Source: a phage
Strand: one strand, 5' to 3'
Length of the DNA: 64,000 nucleotides
Sequence record: PZ445447.1
The notes under the pieces were generated by a model. The model ran no database searches, was not told the origin of the DNA, and worked only from the letters and a program-made list of their open reading frames with translations. Positions 18,460 to 28,017 of the stretch are shown one piece after another (the stretch's first letter is position 1; each line of letters starts with the position of its first letter). A program made the translations under genes and the position numbers.

Positions 18460-20927
18460 TCTGCTCTTCCCCCTACCATAAACGGCCCTACCTGGCAAGT
18501 GGAATAATTGACGAGCCATCAATCCCACACACTGTACAAACATACATATAAAATAACTATTGCATAATTTTTCATTGTGTGGTAGCAGGGCCATTTTTAC
18601 ACGTTTTTCCTTCCAAAATTGCACGTAATGCAGCATTTGCACAAAATTTAACCTGATGCATATATTCAATAGCTTGTCAACAACTAAAAATCTTTATAAG
18701 TCATACACTTACATAACTACAAAAGCGTTTTCTACGTGAAAAATCGAGTATAACTATAGCCGCCAGATCTCAGAATTTACGTACGCTCGCCATTCTATAG
18801 CCTGCTAAGCATTTATTCCAACCATAGAATAACGGAATAGTCAATACCTGCATAAAATAATTATTCGTGTAAACTGCATAACATAAATCGGCCCAGGTGT
18901 CAACATTTTTCGTAAACAGTCTGGAATTGTCACGTTAGGTTACCATAAGCAGAGAAATCTTCAGTCGTCTAATGTTTACTGTACGTTACTATATTAACTG
19001 AAATCATTAGATGACTAATAGAAAGATAAGAAATAATTAACAATACAATTATTTTATCTGTAACAATAAGGCAACTATGCAAACGAATGGCATGGCGCGA
19101 CGGAGTCGCGACATAATATAAAAGCAGTAACCATCACCCCCGTGATAGTTTGTCTGCAAACTATTAATCAGATCATAGTTGCCTTGTATTTAGTTAATCA
19201 TGACATAACAAGCAAGGCAACTATAGATCTGCTAATAGTTGCCCTGCTTTTATATTATGTCATGCTAATTATAATCAGTGCGATTATTGTCATGTATAAT
19301 TATTGTCATGCAAACGAATGGCATGGCTGATTATCGGTGTGTAAACAGTCAATCATGTAAATGGTTAGCATGTGAACAATCAGGAATGTAAACAATCCAG
19401 TGTGTAAACTAATAGGTGTGTAAAAGTGTCATGTTGTGTCAGTTAGGTCACATTATGTCAGACAAGTTTTTCTCCTCTTTGTCAAGTGCTGCATGAAAAA
19501 TTTACAAGCTTGTATGGTAGCATTTTTGCGGCCCTGTTTACATTCAGGAGTGTATGTATAATCCTTGGTGTGTGGGCGTTTAGACGTCTGGACGGTAAGA
19601 AGTCTGCAGGTTAATATCTAATCTATCGGCTGCTAACTATATCCCACACAAATAGTAAGAAATATAATTGTTATGTGCGTAAACAGTAACCCATGTTATC
19701 AATCCCTGTATGTATCGCCAGTGGTGCGCATAATGGGTATTATGTTAAATTGCCCGTAATGATAAAGGTTCTCACAATGATAGGTATTCTCATTCACCCT
19801 CACAAAATAGATTGCAAATGTTGTGCCACTGTGTGAACGGCCTCACCTATTAATTTGCCTCACTGCCTCGATATTTGAGAATTATTATAAGAATGAGAAG
19901 TATTCCCATTTCGTCCGCCTGGCAGCACTCCAGTCGCTACGGCTCATGACAGGGCAGCACTCCTGTAGGTCAGGTCAAAATCGTGGTAGAATTGGGCCTG
20001 TTCAGATATTTCTGGCTGACTCTTCAGGTCTGTGTGGGAAAAGCCAACCTCTCCGGCGGGGCAGGGGGTCATGACGGGAAAATTGCAGGTCAATTAAAAA
20101 ATTTACGTGGTGTATGAAGCGCTCTTCAGGTAAGGCAGGTATTAGAGGATGAAACCCTCTTCAGGCAATGATATTTGTGGGTGTGATATTTGCTGGAAAG
20201 CCAGATATGACGGGACTCCCGGCGGGGATGGGGTAGTACAGACAGGGAAAATATGGGGATGTAGTTGGGTAAATTGATCAGGCAGGTAGAGTATGGATTA
20301 TGTTACAGGTATGTTAAATATGGAGGTTGAATATCTGTAAGATTTGTGTGTAAAATCAAAGACTTAAGTGGTGTTGTGGTATTTTCTATAAATAATTCAA
20401 GTTTAATAGGTAATATTTGTCTCTATCCACTTTGTGTGGTAAACAGATTCAGATGAAATTGGTTTACAAGTGTATACATAATATACAAATTAAAGATACA
20501 AGAAACCCCCCTCCCCTTCGGCTACCATTCACCTTTTCCTCTGACTGGTACTTAAACACTTATTCAGACTCTTCAGGTTATCACCCATATATCATATGGC
20601 AGTGACTGGTGTCCTCCGGCCCCTCTTTCGTCACCCGTCCGCTTCGCCATGCTAATGCCATAGCCAATGGTTCGGTTGTTCACCCTGTTCACTCAGGTGT
20701 ATCTCCATACCCCTTCAAACCGAAGAGAACAGAAAACCCGAATTACTCGGTAAAAGAAAAGAGAAGAACTTAATTTTATCAAGATAGGCAAGAATGTCAA
20801 GGCATGACTGCTCACTAAACAAGCAAACAGTCATGTGTGGGAGGTAAGTGATTGTGGTTGTAGGAAATTTAGTTGAAAGATGTGTTATAGGTGCTTCCAG
20901 CACTTTAGCCGGGTAGCTAATTGTGTG
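18460..20927. repeat. repeat-rich non-coding zone between converging gene blocks
   Basis: no convincing ORF; gcaaacgaatggcatggc at 19079 and 19310; ggcaactat in direct and inverted copies around 19067-19240; tgtaaaca-type motif four times in 19340-19420; ctcttcagg four or more times in 19990-20570. Confidence 0.6.
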
Positions 20928-21143
20928 TCAGTCCAGCGGTTCATCCTCTACTTCACTGAAATCAATGTTCATGGTCTCTTCCCAACCATCGATCTCAGCA
21001 CAAGAGTGGAGTTCTTTAGGGTTTACTCCCAAAGCCTCAGCAACAGAGTCTATATTTAACACCTCTGGCAGGTATGATTCATCGAATTCAAGGTAAATCA
21101 GGCCACGAGTGTTGTCAGCTCCACCAAATATCTCTATCTTCAT
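20928..21143 (-). CDS. small acidic hypothetical protein
   Basis: 71 aa ORF, D/E-rich, starts MKIEI like neighbouring small genes. Confidence 0.5.
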   Translation of the reverse strand: MKIEIFGGADNTRGLIYLEFDESYLPEVLNIDSVAEALGVNPKELHSCAEIDGWEETMNIDFSEVEDEPLD

Positions 21144-21264
21144 AAAATCTCCTCTGGGAATGAAAGTGTGAACAGGGTTTTATACGTTCTAATGCACAGG
21201 AATTATACACGTTTGCCTCTTCAGGCCATGCTTTAGCATGAGGAACCTGTGTGGGCTCGGTGCT

Positions 21265-21504
21265 TCATAGTCTACCACCTCTGAACTCTTCGTGCTCAGG
21301 CATAATAGAGAACCAGATATCTACGATGTCCTCCCACGTCAGGTCATCAGCCTCAGGATCTATCTGGGACGAAGATGAAGAGTCCTCAGAATCTAAGTTT
21401 TCCTCTTTAACTGGCTCAGCCAAGGGACACATGGTCACTCCTTTGGATGTCTCTTCAGATGCATGTGTGTGTTGATCATGTTCCACCCGTGAGTATTCCG
21501 GCAA
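21265..21504 (-). CDS. small highly acidic hypothetical protein
   Basis: 79 aa ORF with D/E/S-rich run EENLDSEDSSSSSQIDPEADD. Confidence 0.45.
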   Translation of the reverse strand: MPEYSRVEHDQHTHASEETSKGVTMCPLAEPVKEENLDSEDSSSSSQIDPEADDLTWEDIVDIWFSIMPEHEEFRGGRL

Positions 21505-21839
21505 CAGCTGCTATGGACGTAATGATCATCAGGATCACCACCAAAACCTCTGACAATGTTTTCATTGTGTATCCCATATTCTCCAAATGATGTGTGGATA
21601 TTATCACTGGAGCGGTAATGTGTCAACAGAAACGCCGCGAGGGTTTGGTTAAAATCCGAGCGTATGGTGATTTGGGTCAAAACGGACGTGCGTTCTCGCT
21701 ACGCTCGAAAGAGAGACTTGTTTGTAGAAAGCTCTTAAACGCTCTGTAACGAGATTATCTGTCCAAGGTATGCAATCGTGCACCAGATAAAGAAAAGGAC
21801 GCCACAGAGCGTCCTAGGTGTCTTAAATTTGATATTTTG

Positions 21840-22151
21840 CTATACCCATGAGGGCTTATCAAGGTTGGAGTAGCTGAAAGGTGTCAAAAGGTGACTGTCA
21901 AAATCTCTCAAACTATCCAAATCTTTTTCCTCGTCCTGACACCATCTGTGCCTACATTTATTGTTGTAGTGCATAGAATGCATAGCGTTCTGCAACTTAA
22001 CAGGTACAAGTGATTCAGGAGTAGATAGTATTGTTGGGTATGCCAGAATCACCTCAAACAGTGGAAACACATCGAAACTAAAGTCTACCTCTGCAGAGGT
22101 TGATGGCATATAGGAGTATTTAGCCGCCTTTGTAGACATAATCCACCTCAC
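21840..22151 (-). CDS. hypothetical protein
   Basis: ORF; start overlaps stop of upstream gene (coupled). Confidence 0.5.
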   Translation of the reverse strand: MRWIMSTKAAKYSYMPSTSAEVDFSFDVFPLFEVILAYPTILSTPESLVPVKLQNAMHSMHYNNKCRHRWCQDEEKDLDSLRDFDSHLLTPFSYSNLDKPSWV

Positions 22152-22474
22152 ACAGGTTTGATAATACCTTTACCGAATAATTCTTCGTATCTAATCTTAT
22201 CCGGATCCCATTCTTGGATAATTTCGAAGACAATATCCAACCCAGGGATAATCACTTCTCCAGTGTCAAGTTTGGCAAGAACAAAACCAGAAGGCTGAAT
22301 GGTTTCCCAGTTGCGCCGATTGGAATAGAAGACCTCGAAAATATCGCCGACCTTTATCTGTTGATCAAGATGTTCAAGATTCTCTTTCATATAGACGCAG
22401 CGGATTTTTCGTGCAGGCCATAGACCACCTGCATCACGTTCATTTAGCTCTTTTACAGTAATCGGTATACCCAT
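22148..22474 (-). CDS. hypothetical protein
   Basis: ORF with purine-rich sequence upstream (gaaggagatttgag on the minus strand). Confidence 0.55.
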   Translation of the reverse strand: MGIPITVKELNERDAGGLWPARKIRCVYMKENLEHLDQQIKVGDIFEVFYSNRRNWETIQPSGFVLAKLDTGEVIIPGLDIVFEIIQEWDPDKIRYEELFGKGIIKPV

Positions 22475-22499
22475 CTCAAATCTCCTTCATAGATAGTAA

Positions 22500-22528
22500 A
22501 AAGAGGGGCCCAAGCCCCCCTCTTTGTC
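22500..22528 (-). terminator. putative rho-independent terminator
   Basis: minus-strand hairpin agagggggg-cttgg-gcccctct followed by ttttact. Confidence 0.5.
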
Positions 22529-22529
22529 A

Positions 22530-22835
22530 TTATTCTACAGAGCGTTTGAACAGAATGTCTGCCTCAGACATGTGCTCAACCTCTTCTTCGATTTTAGCGC
22601 GACGTTTTTCAGCCTCATAGCGAATATCGAACTCGGTAGCCACCAGAGATTTGATGAATTTAGGAGAATACAGGTGATCCTGCTTCTCAACGAGAATGAT
22701 ATCCTTAATGGCATCTTTCAGATCTTTAATCTGAAGTTGGAGTTCTACCAGTTCTTCGATTGTTTTGCGAAGGCGATCACGCTCTGCAGTGTCAGAAGGA
22801 AGAGAGGTGAACAGTTCAACTTTAGATTTAGCCAT
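22530..22835 (-). CDS. hypothetical protein (coiled-coil)
   Basis: 101 aa ORF, charged heptad-rich; purine-rich sequence upstream. Confidence 0.55.
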   Translation of the reverse strand: MAKSKVELFTSLPSDTAERDRLRKTIEELVELQLQIKDLKDAIKDIILVEKQDHLYSPKFIKSLVATEFDIRYEAEKRRAKIEEEVEHMSEADILFKRSVE

Positions 22836-22863
22836 AGTAAGAGTCTCCTTATGTTGTTTTAAA

Positions 22864-23181
22864 TTAACGTTCTACAAAAATACCGTTCAGTTCAATAACC
22901 AGGAATTTCTGGTCTTCACTATCGTCTCGTGCCAGCACCTCACAGACGTATCGGTCATCCCCATCATCATCGCAGTCAAATACAAGACTGAGGACTTTAT
23001 CATGGTAAACCTTCGCCACTACCGCCTCGTAAGTATTGCCGATTGTGAATCCAAGATAATCTCCGATGCATTTGACAACAACATGGTCTCCAGCATTTAA
23101 GTCAATCTTCGTCATTACTGCGCTCCTTGGGTAATAATACTGTATGTAAAACTTTAACCAGAGATGTGAATAACGCCCCAA
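22864..23181 (-). CDS. hypothetical protein
   Basis: ORF; true start may be the internal MTKIDL. Confidence 0.5.
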   Translation of the reverse strand: MGRYSHLWLKFYIQYYYPRSAVMTKIDLNAGDHVVVKCIGDYLGFTIGNTYEAVVAKVYHDKVLSLVFDCDDDGDDRYVCEVLARDDSEDQKFLVIELNGIFVER

Positions 23182-23270
23182 AACACACCGATAGCGCTAA
23201 AACAGACAAGGCCATCATTAAAGCTTCAGTAAAATCAGTCATTCCTCACCTCTTGTTAGTCACTATACTA

Positions 23271-23534
23271 TCATTTATCCTTGTCGTCAAGAACTTTTTT
23301 AAATCTTTCAGGGATATCTCCCGTTCTTAGATAGTTCATGACCTCGCAAGGTTCCCACTTGAATTTCTTACAGAGCAGGGCGGCTGAGATTGTTTCATTG
23401 CGAAAAGAAAGGATATTAATATCCCACTCTGAGAACCCCAACTTCCGAAGGGTAGCTACAGAAATCCTCACCGCAACCCAGCAGCAAAAACATGCAACAA
23501 ACGCCACTGCTACAACCCACATCAGGATGTTCAT
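23271..23534 (-). CDS. small membrane protein
   Basis: N-terminal hydrophobic helix MNILMWVVAVAFVACFCCWVAV. Confidence 0.5.
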   Translation of the reverse strand: MNILMWVVAVAFVACFCCWVAVRISVATLRKLGFSEWDINILSFRNETISAALLCKKFKWEPCEVMNYLRTGDIPERFKKVLDDKDK

Positions 23535-23623
23535 ATAAGCACCTTACTGAAATACAAGACACAGTGTTAAGGTTACTGACCAGCAAATAATTAGCAGGAC
23601 CATTGCAACCTTGGCAAGATTTA

Positions 23624-23911
23624 TCATAGTGCCTCTAAGATTTCATATCCTTCAGGTCGAAATACAAGCCACTCCGTGGCTCCGTTTGGTCGATACGCTT
23701 TATACAGAACAACCTGGTCTCGGCACATGCACATGGCTACATAGTTTTCATCCACACCTGCAGCCTGCATTGCATCTTCTTCTCCGGCAACTGCTTTGCT
23801 TACAACTTCCTTGGTAGGCAGGTGTGCGATCAGCTCGTCACCATCATTAATTCCAAAATGGCTGAGTTCGCCGTTGGTATCTTTAATCTTAATCTTAACC
23901 AGATCTTTCAT
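23624..23911 (-). CDS. hypothetical protein
   Basis: ORF in tight co-directional array. Confidence 0.5.
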   Translation of the reverse strand: MKDLVKIKIKDTNGELSHFGINDGDELIAHLPTKEVVSKAVAGEEDAMQAAGVDENYVAMCMCRDQVVLYKAYRPNGATEWLVFRPEGYEILEAL

Positions 23912-24240
23912 TAGTCTTCCCCCAGGTTCAAAGGTCCTAAGATTTCATATGCCAGATTAGAAGTTACAAGAGGGTCTTCTGCGTCTTTAGTATTATACCA
24001 CCCGTGAATAACCAGAGTCCCACTTTGTTTCATGTCCAACTGGAACTCTTCTGCCGTTTCCTCATCCAGCTCCAAGATTTCCATAAGGTATTTGATGTTA
24101 GGGAGGTATGCAGCTGTTACAGTCCCCTCTACCAGACCTTCAGGCCAACCTACATCTGGATGACAAGTAGGAACCAGGTTGGTCAGCTTAATGGTGTACG
24201 CTTTTTCTGCACGAGCCTTCAGTAACGGGTCAATCTTCAT
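23911..24240 (-). CDS. hypothetical protein
   Basis: ORF; stop/start overlap with neighbours. Confidence 0.5.
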   Translation of the reverse strand: MKIDPLLKARAEKAYTIKLTNLVPTCHPDVGWPEGLVEGTVTAAYLPNIKYLMEILELDEETAEEFQLDMKQSGTLVIHGWYNTKDAEDPLVTSNLAYEILGPLNLGED

Positions 24241-24590
24241 TATTCGTCCTCCTCTTCGGTACCTGCTTCCAGTAATAAGTTAAGAATATCTTCTGCACAA
24301 GGTTCATAGAACTCTTGGCCTTCATTATCGATGATTTTGTAGTCATCTCCACGAATAATCAGGGGATCACTCTCAAAATTATCGAGACCTTTAACAACGA
24401 CAACACGATCGATTGCCATCATTGTAAGAACTTTATCGACATCTTCCTCTGCTACACCATACTGCAGCAGAATGTCTTTGGTAGGAGGAACAGCATCCAC
24501 CACAACGCCGTTACCAAAACCTTCTGGAAGTTTAGCTAAAATATCTTCCGGAACCACATTCACATCAAAACCGGTAATTTCTACTTTCAT
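24240..24590 (-). CDS. hypothetical protein (MKVE start, acidic C-terminus)
   Basis: 116 aa; possible divergent member of the small paralog family. Confidence 0.55.
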   Translation of the reverse strand: MKVEITGFDVNVVPEDILAKLPEGFGNGVVVDAVPPTKDILLQYGVAEEDVDKVLTMMAIDRVVVVKGLDNFESDPLIIRGDDYKIIDNEGQEFYEPCAEDILNLLLEAGTEEEDE

Positions 24591-24851
24591 TTACAGCACC
24601 TCTTCGTCAACTACTTCATAAAAATGGCCTGGGATTGCAATAGCGTTCTCACCTTCACCTACAAACACAGTTCCGTCAAGAATCAACATCATAAGAATTT
24701 CTGTAATATCCTCTTCCGGAACATTGCCAAAACCTTTAATCAGCTCGTAGGTTGGAATATTTACCTCTAAGATGTCACCATCTTTAGAACGGAAATCAAC
24801 ACCGTCCTGAATCTCTGCCGTTTCAAGGTTTTTCAATTTAATCTTCATCAA
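24591..24851 (-). CDS. hypothetical protein (MKIK start, acidic C-terminus)
   Basis: 86 aa; ends ...YEVVDEEVL as in paralog family. Confidence 0.55.
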   Translation of the reverse strand: MMKIKLKNLETAEIQDGVDFRSKDGDILEVNIPTYELIKGFGNVPEEDITEILMMLILDGTVFVGEGENAIAIPGHFYEVVDEEVL

Positions 24852-24927
24852 TCGGTCCCCTGTCTTGTTAAGATGAAGGTATTATTTCACACAGGGTTGG
24901 CGTTGTCAACACCTGTGTGCAAGAAAA

Positions 24928-25323
24928 TTACTGAAACAGTGCGGATAAATTACCTTCTGGTGGGAACTTATCTGCCAAAAACGGTGTTAGCACAGTAGCC
25001 TTCTGAAGATCTGGGGTCCACTCGTTGTTCAGAACATCCCAGTAGTACGCAATGTTGCTGTGTGGGTGCCGCATTACGAACTTTTTCCCTTCGTAGTCAT
25101 CTGAAACCTCTACAGAAGAAATAACAACAGAATCTTCAAGGGTTTCTTCATAGAAGGATCCACCTTCAAATTTCCAACGAGATGCAAGAGCCCCTGCCTT
25201 GAACGCTGCAGATAACGGACTGTCGGCAAGAACATACATTTCTTGCACTCTGTCGCTGCGATCTTTGCTTCTTACGTTGTATACAGTATCTGAGCTATAC
25301 TTAACACGGTATAGGCTTACCAT
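24928..25323 (-). CDS. hypothetical protein, 131-aa paralog copy A
   Basis: shares FV.xHPxS....YW......WTP block with 27135..27533. Confidence 0.55.
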   Translation of the reverse strand: MVSLYRVKYSSDTVYNVRSKDRSDRVQEMYVLADSPLSAAFKAGALASRWKFEGGSFYEETLEDSVVISSVEVSDDYEGKKFVMRHPHSNIAYYWDVLNNEWTPDLQKATVLTPFLADKFPPEGNLSALFQ

Positions 25324-25682
25324 TACCGCACCTCCTCAATAACTTCCACATCTGAACCTACCACAAATGCAAAAGGACAGGTTTCATGAAAGATATCCGG
25401 ATCGCCGCCAAGCTTGCTAACAATTTCTCCACCACTAATAAACACAAGCTCACCGATATTCATCAGATTGCTGAAATAGTACCCATAATGATTAAAGAAT
25501 GCAGCAGGGTCAGGTAGACTAGTAGCCTCAAGCACTACATCGGTTGAGGTTACTTTCTTATCATAACCTCTCGCCTTTTGAGATGCAAGATCTGCAGAAT
25601 CCTCAGGCGACCGGAGATGCACAGGAATTGTTTCACCAATAAAGCGTACTTTCATATTATCACCCAACAACCATAGCTTCAA
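25323..25682 (-). CDS. small paralog-family protein
   Basis: LVFISGGEIVSKLGG...VVGSDVEVIEE resembles 27546..27800; start probably the internal MKVRF. Confidence 0.5.
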   Translation of the reverse strand: MKLWLLGDNMKVRFIGETIPVHLRSPEDSADLASQKARGYDKKVTSTDVVLEATSLPDPAAFFNHYGYYFSNLMNIGELVFISGGEIVSKLGGDPDIFHETCPFAFVVGSDVEVIEEVR

Positions 25683-25923
25683 AAGGAGTCATGAACGAAT
25701 AAACGGCATCATCATCTGCTTCAGGGAATGCTCCCAAAGACTTCATATCTGAGCCCTTGACAAATACAAGGTTTTGATCAAAGGCTTCTTGGGGGTCAAT
25801 CCGATACATATTTCGTAAAATATCGCTTACCTCCTCATCAAGAGGTGAGTATGCTGTGCACGTTTTTCCGATCAAGCTTTGAGAATCAGGGTATCCACCT
25901 GAAGTTTTAAAATAAACAATCAT
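25660..25923 (-). CDS. small paralog-family protein
   Basis: VFVKGSDMKSLGAFPE block resembles 27790..28017 and 29585..29818. Confidence 0.5.
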   Translation of the reverse strand: MIVYFKTSGGYPDSQSLIGKTCTAYSPLDEEVSDILRNMYRIDPQEAFDQNLVFVKGSDMKSLGAFPEADDDAVYSFMTPFEAMVVG

Positions 25924-26014
25924 ATAGTATCACCTCTGGTAAGAGATTGGGACTCCTTTCCCACAAATAATTACAAATCTTCCTTAGCGAGGAAGTATGC
26001 TAATCCAAGCAGGA

Positions 26015-26284
26015 TTATTCCTCTACAATCTCATACACATCAGGAGTTACAATCAACTCTTCTCCGTTACCCGGTGCAACAAACACCACCAAACCTTCAG
26101 GTGTGTGCTTTTTAGCCATCTCGATAACATCTTCTCGCAGAGCTGGCTCCATAAGATCAAAACCTTCACCTAGGGCATCACGAACCACCTTCATATAGTC
26201 CACTGGTTGTGCTTCAACAATCATGCCTTCAACCAGTCCACAATTTTTGTCTGCCAGCTCAGTTTGGAATAATTTAATTTTCAT
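26015..26284 (-). CDS. hypothetical protein (MKIK start, acidic C-terminus)
   Basis: 89 aa; ends ...YEIVEE. Confidence 0.55.
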   Translation of the reverse strand: MKIKLFQTELADKNCGLVEGMIVEAQPVDYMKVVRDALGEGFDLMEPALREDVIEMAKKHTPEGLVVFVAPGNGEELIVTPDVYEIVEE

Positions 26285-26421
26285 TTAGAGGTCTCCTCAA
26301 TTATTTGATATTAATAGCCGTAACCTAACACATTAACTACAACTGCGATTGCAAACATAATTTCAAAGCATGCAATCTCTACATTTGGGACTAATTTCTT
26401 AATCACACCCATTGTAGCACC

Positions 26422-26742
26422 TCATTCTCCAAAGTCAATCTTTACTTTGCCTTTCCCCTTACCTTTCTTTCCACCGCATTTAGCCAGCTGACGTGCTGCA
26501 ACATCTACCATACGGTCAGTTGCCTCGTAAGCATCACTGCCTTTAGCCTTGGCAATAACTTCTTTTCCAGAATTGTCAAAAATGAACGCCATAACTTCCT
26601 GGTGATCATTTTCAACTTTTACACTCACACGTGCATAGTTAACAGAGGGATGTAAACGCTCCAGCTTGGACATTTTGCGGGAAATAAAAGATACCATACC
26701 TTCTGTGATTTCTACATTGTTGCCAGTGATTTCAATCTGCAT
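26422..26742 (-). CDS. hpf: ribosome hibernation promoting factor / RaiA-family protein
   Basis: MQIEITGNNVEITEGMVSFISRKMSKLERL... aligns with E. coli HPF MQLNITGNNVEITEALREFVTAKFAKLEQ...; Lys/Gly-rich C-terminal tail. Confidence 0.8.
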   Translation of the reverse strand: MQIEITGNNVEITEGMVSFISRKMSKLERLHPSVNYARVSVKVENDHQEVMAFIFDNSGKEVIAKAKGSDAYEATDRMVDVAARQLAKCGGKKGKGKGKVKIDFGE

Positions 26743-26826
26743 AACGTGTTCCTTTTAAGGAAGAGGGAATAACTATCTCTCTTTGAAAACAATGATACTA
26801 AATCTGAAGCGTTGTGTCAACAGTTT

Positions 26827-27117
26827 TTACAGCTTGTTGTCGATAGTTTTTAAAATATCCACAGCAAGATCTGCCATTTTTCGAACATACTCTGCAAACT
26901 CAACAGGATCCTTGATCAAAGAATTCACAGGGTCGTACCCTAGAGCGTTTAAAATGGCTGCAGCATCTACAACCTTCTCATCATTTGCGAAGATCTCTCC
27001 GTCAAACTTGTAGGTCCATTTTGAGTCAACCTTAGCAGAGCAGGGTTTGTCCATGCTTGTTACACCATCGTCTTTAAACTCTCCTGCGTTATCAATATTT
27101 AGAATTAAATCCATCAT
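26827..27117 (-). CDS. hypothetical protein
   Basis: 96 aa acidic ORF. Confidence 0.5.
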   Translation of the reverse strand: MMDLILNIDNAGEFKDDGVTSMDKPCSAKVDSKWTYKFDGEIFANDEKVVDAAAILNALGYDPVNSLIKDPVEFAEYVRKMADLAVDILKTIDNKL

Positions 27118-27134
27118 GGTGACACCTCACTGTT

Positions 27135-27533
27135 TCAGTTTAGCTTTTCTTCAACAACCCCATAACTTGGGGCAGAGTCAAGAGCTTTCTGGTTTAAAAG
27201 TGGCGTAGCAGAATCTGCAAACGGTGTCCAAGTTTTTGTTCTGGCATTCCAGTAATGCTTCACTCTGGAATCTGGATGCACTATAACAAAAACTTTTTCA
27301 CTTGTCAACACATTAATTTCTTCTACACCCTTGCTGATAATTTCTCCGTCATAGCCCCCAGTCTGGTATCCTTCGTACCAGGTTCTTGCATAGGCATAGC
27401 CAGCCTGCCAGCATGCAGCCTCCTCCGAGGTGGAGACTACGTAGAAGTCTTTCTCAAATTCTGGAATACGCCCTTGCTTTACGCTCCAAGCCCCGCGAAT
27501 TTTCATTGTAACTTTAAACAGTTTATTTTTCAC
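27135..27533 (-). CDS. hypothetical protein, 131-aa paralog copy B
   Basis: FVIVHPDSRVKHYWNARTKTWTP matches copy A FVMRHPHSNIAYYWDVLNNEWTP. Confidence 0.55.
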   Translation of the reverse strand: MKNKLFKVTMKIRGAWSVKQGRIPEFEKDFYVVSTSEEAACWQAGYAYARTWYEGYQTGGYDGEIISKGVEEINVLTSEKVFVIVHPDSRVKHYWNARTKTWTPFADSATPLLNQKALDSAPSYGVVEEKLN

Positions 27534-27545
27534 AACGGTTACCCA

Positions 27546-27800
27546 TCACAGCTCTACAATATCTGCATCTGACCCTACCCCAAAGGCATAGTAGGACTCT
27601 TCCCCGAAATAATATTCAGGTGCACCAGCGGTGATCAGGTCTGATCCCAAGATAAACACCACGTTGTGGCCTACATAACTGTGATGTTGCCGCACAGGAT
27701 CATCCCACGGCAACCCTTCAAAGTATACCGCAGGAACGACCTTTCCATTCAGGAAGGATTGTCCCAAGTAGACGTTAGAATCAAGAATTTTAACCTTCAT
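27546..27800 (-). CDS. small paralog-family protein
   Basis: MKVKILDSNVYLGQ... shares N-terminus with 27790..28017. Confidence 0.55.
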   Translation of the reverse strand: MKVKILDSNVYLGQSFLNGKVVPAVYFEGLPWDDPVRQHHSYVGHNVVFILGSDLITAGAPEYYFGEESYYAFGVGSDADIVEL

Positions 27801-28017
27801 GATCGTCCTCCACTACCTCTACATCCTCACCTAGGGCAAAGTTATAGGTCCACTGACTGTCAAAGCATTCCTGAGATGCACCAGCGGCAATAAGATCTGC
27901 TCCTTTTATTTTTAAAAGGTCAGGGTAATCTTCGTTATGGACAGCAGTAAACACTTTTCCTACTAAAGGCTCCTGACCAATATAGAAGCTTGAATCTAAA
28001 ACTTTAACTTTCATCAA
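27790..28017 (-). CDS. small paralog-family protein
   Basis: MKVKVLDSSFYIGQ...KIKGADLIAAGA...VEVVEDD. Confidence 0.55.
   Translation of the reverse strand: MMKVKVLDSSFYIGQEPLVGKVFTAVHNEDYPDLLKIKGADLIAAGASQECFDSQWTYNFALGEDVEVVEDDHEG

Noticed and set aside
19142-20903. Track ORFs 19142-19330, 19823-20074, 20417-20605 (+) and 20715-20903 (-) in the convergent intergenic zone
   Set aside because: Translations are low-complexity and repeat-driven, lack RBSs and do not fit the tight gene packing seen elsewhere; region called non-coding.
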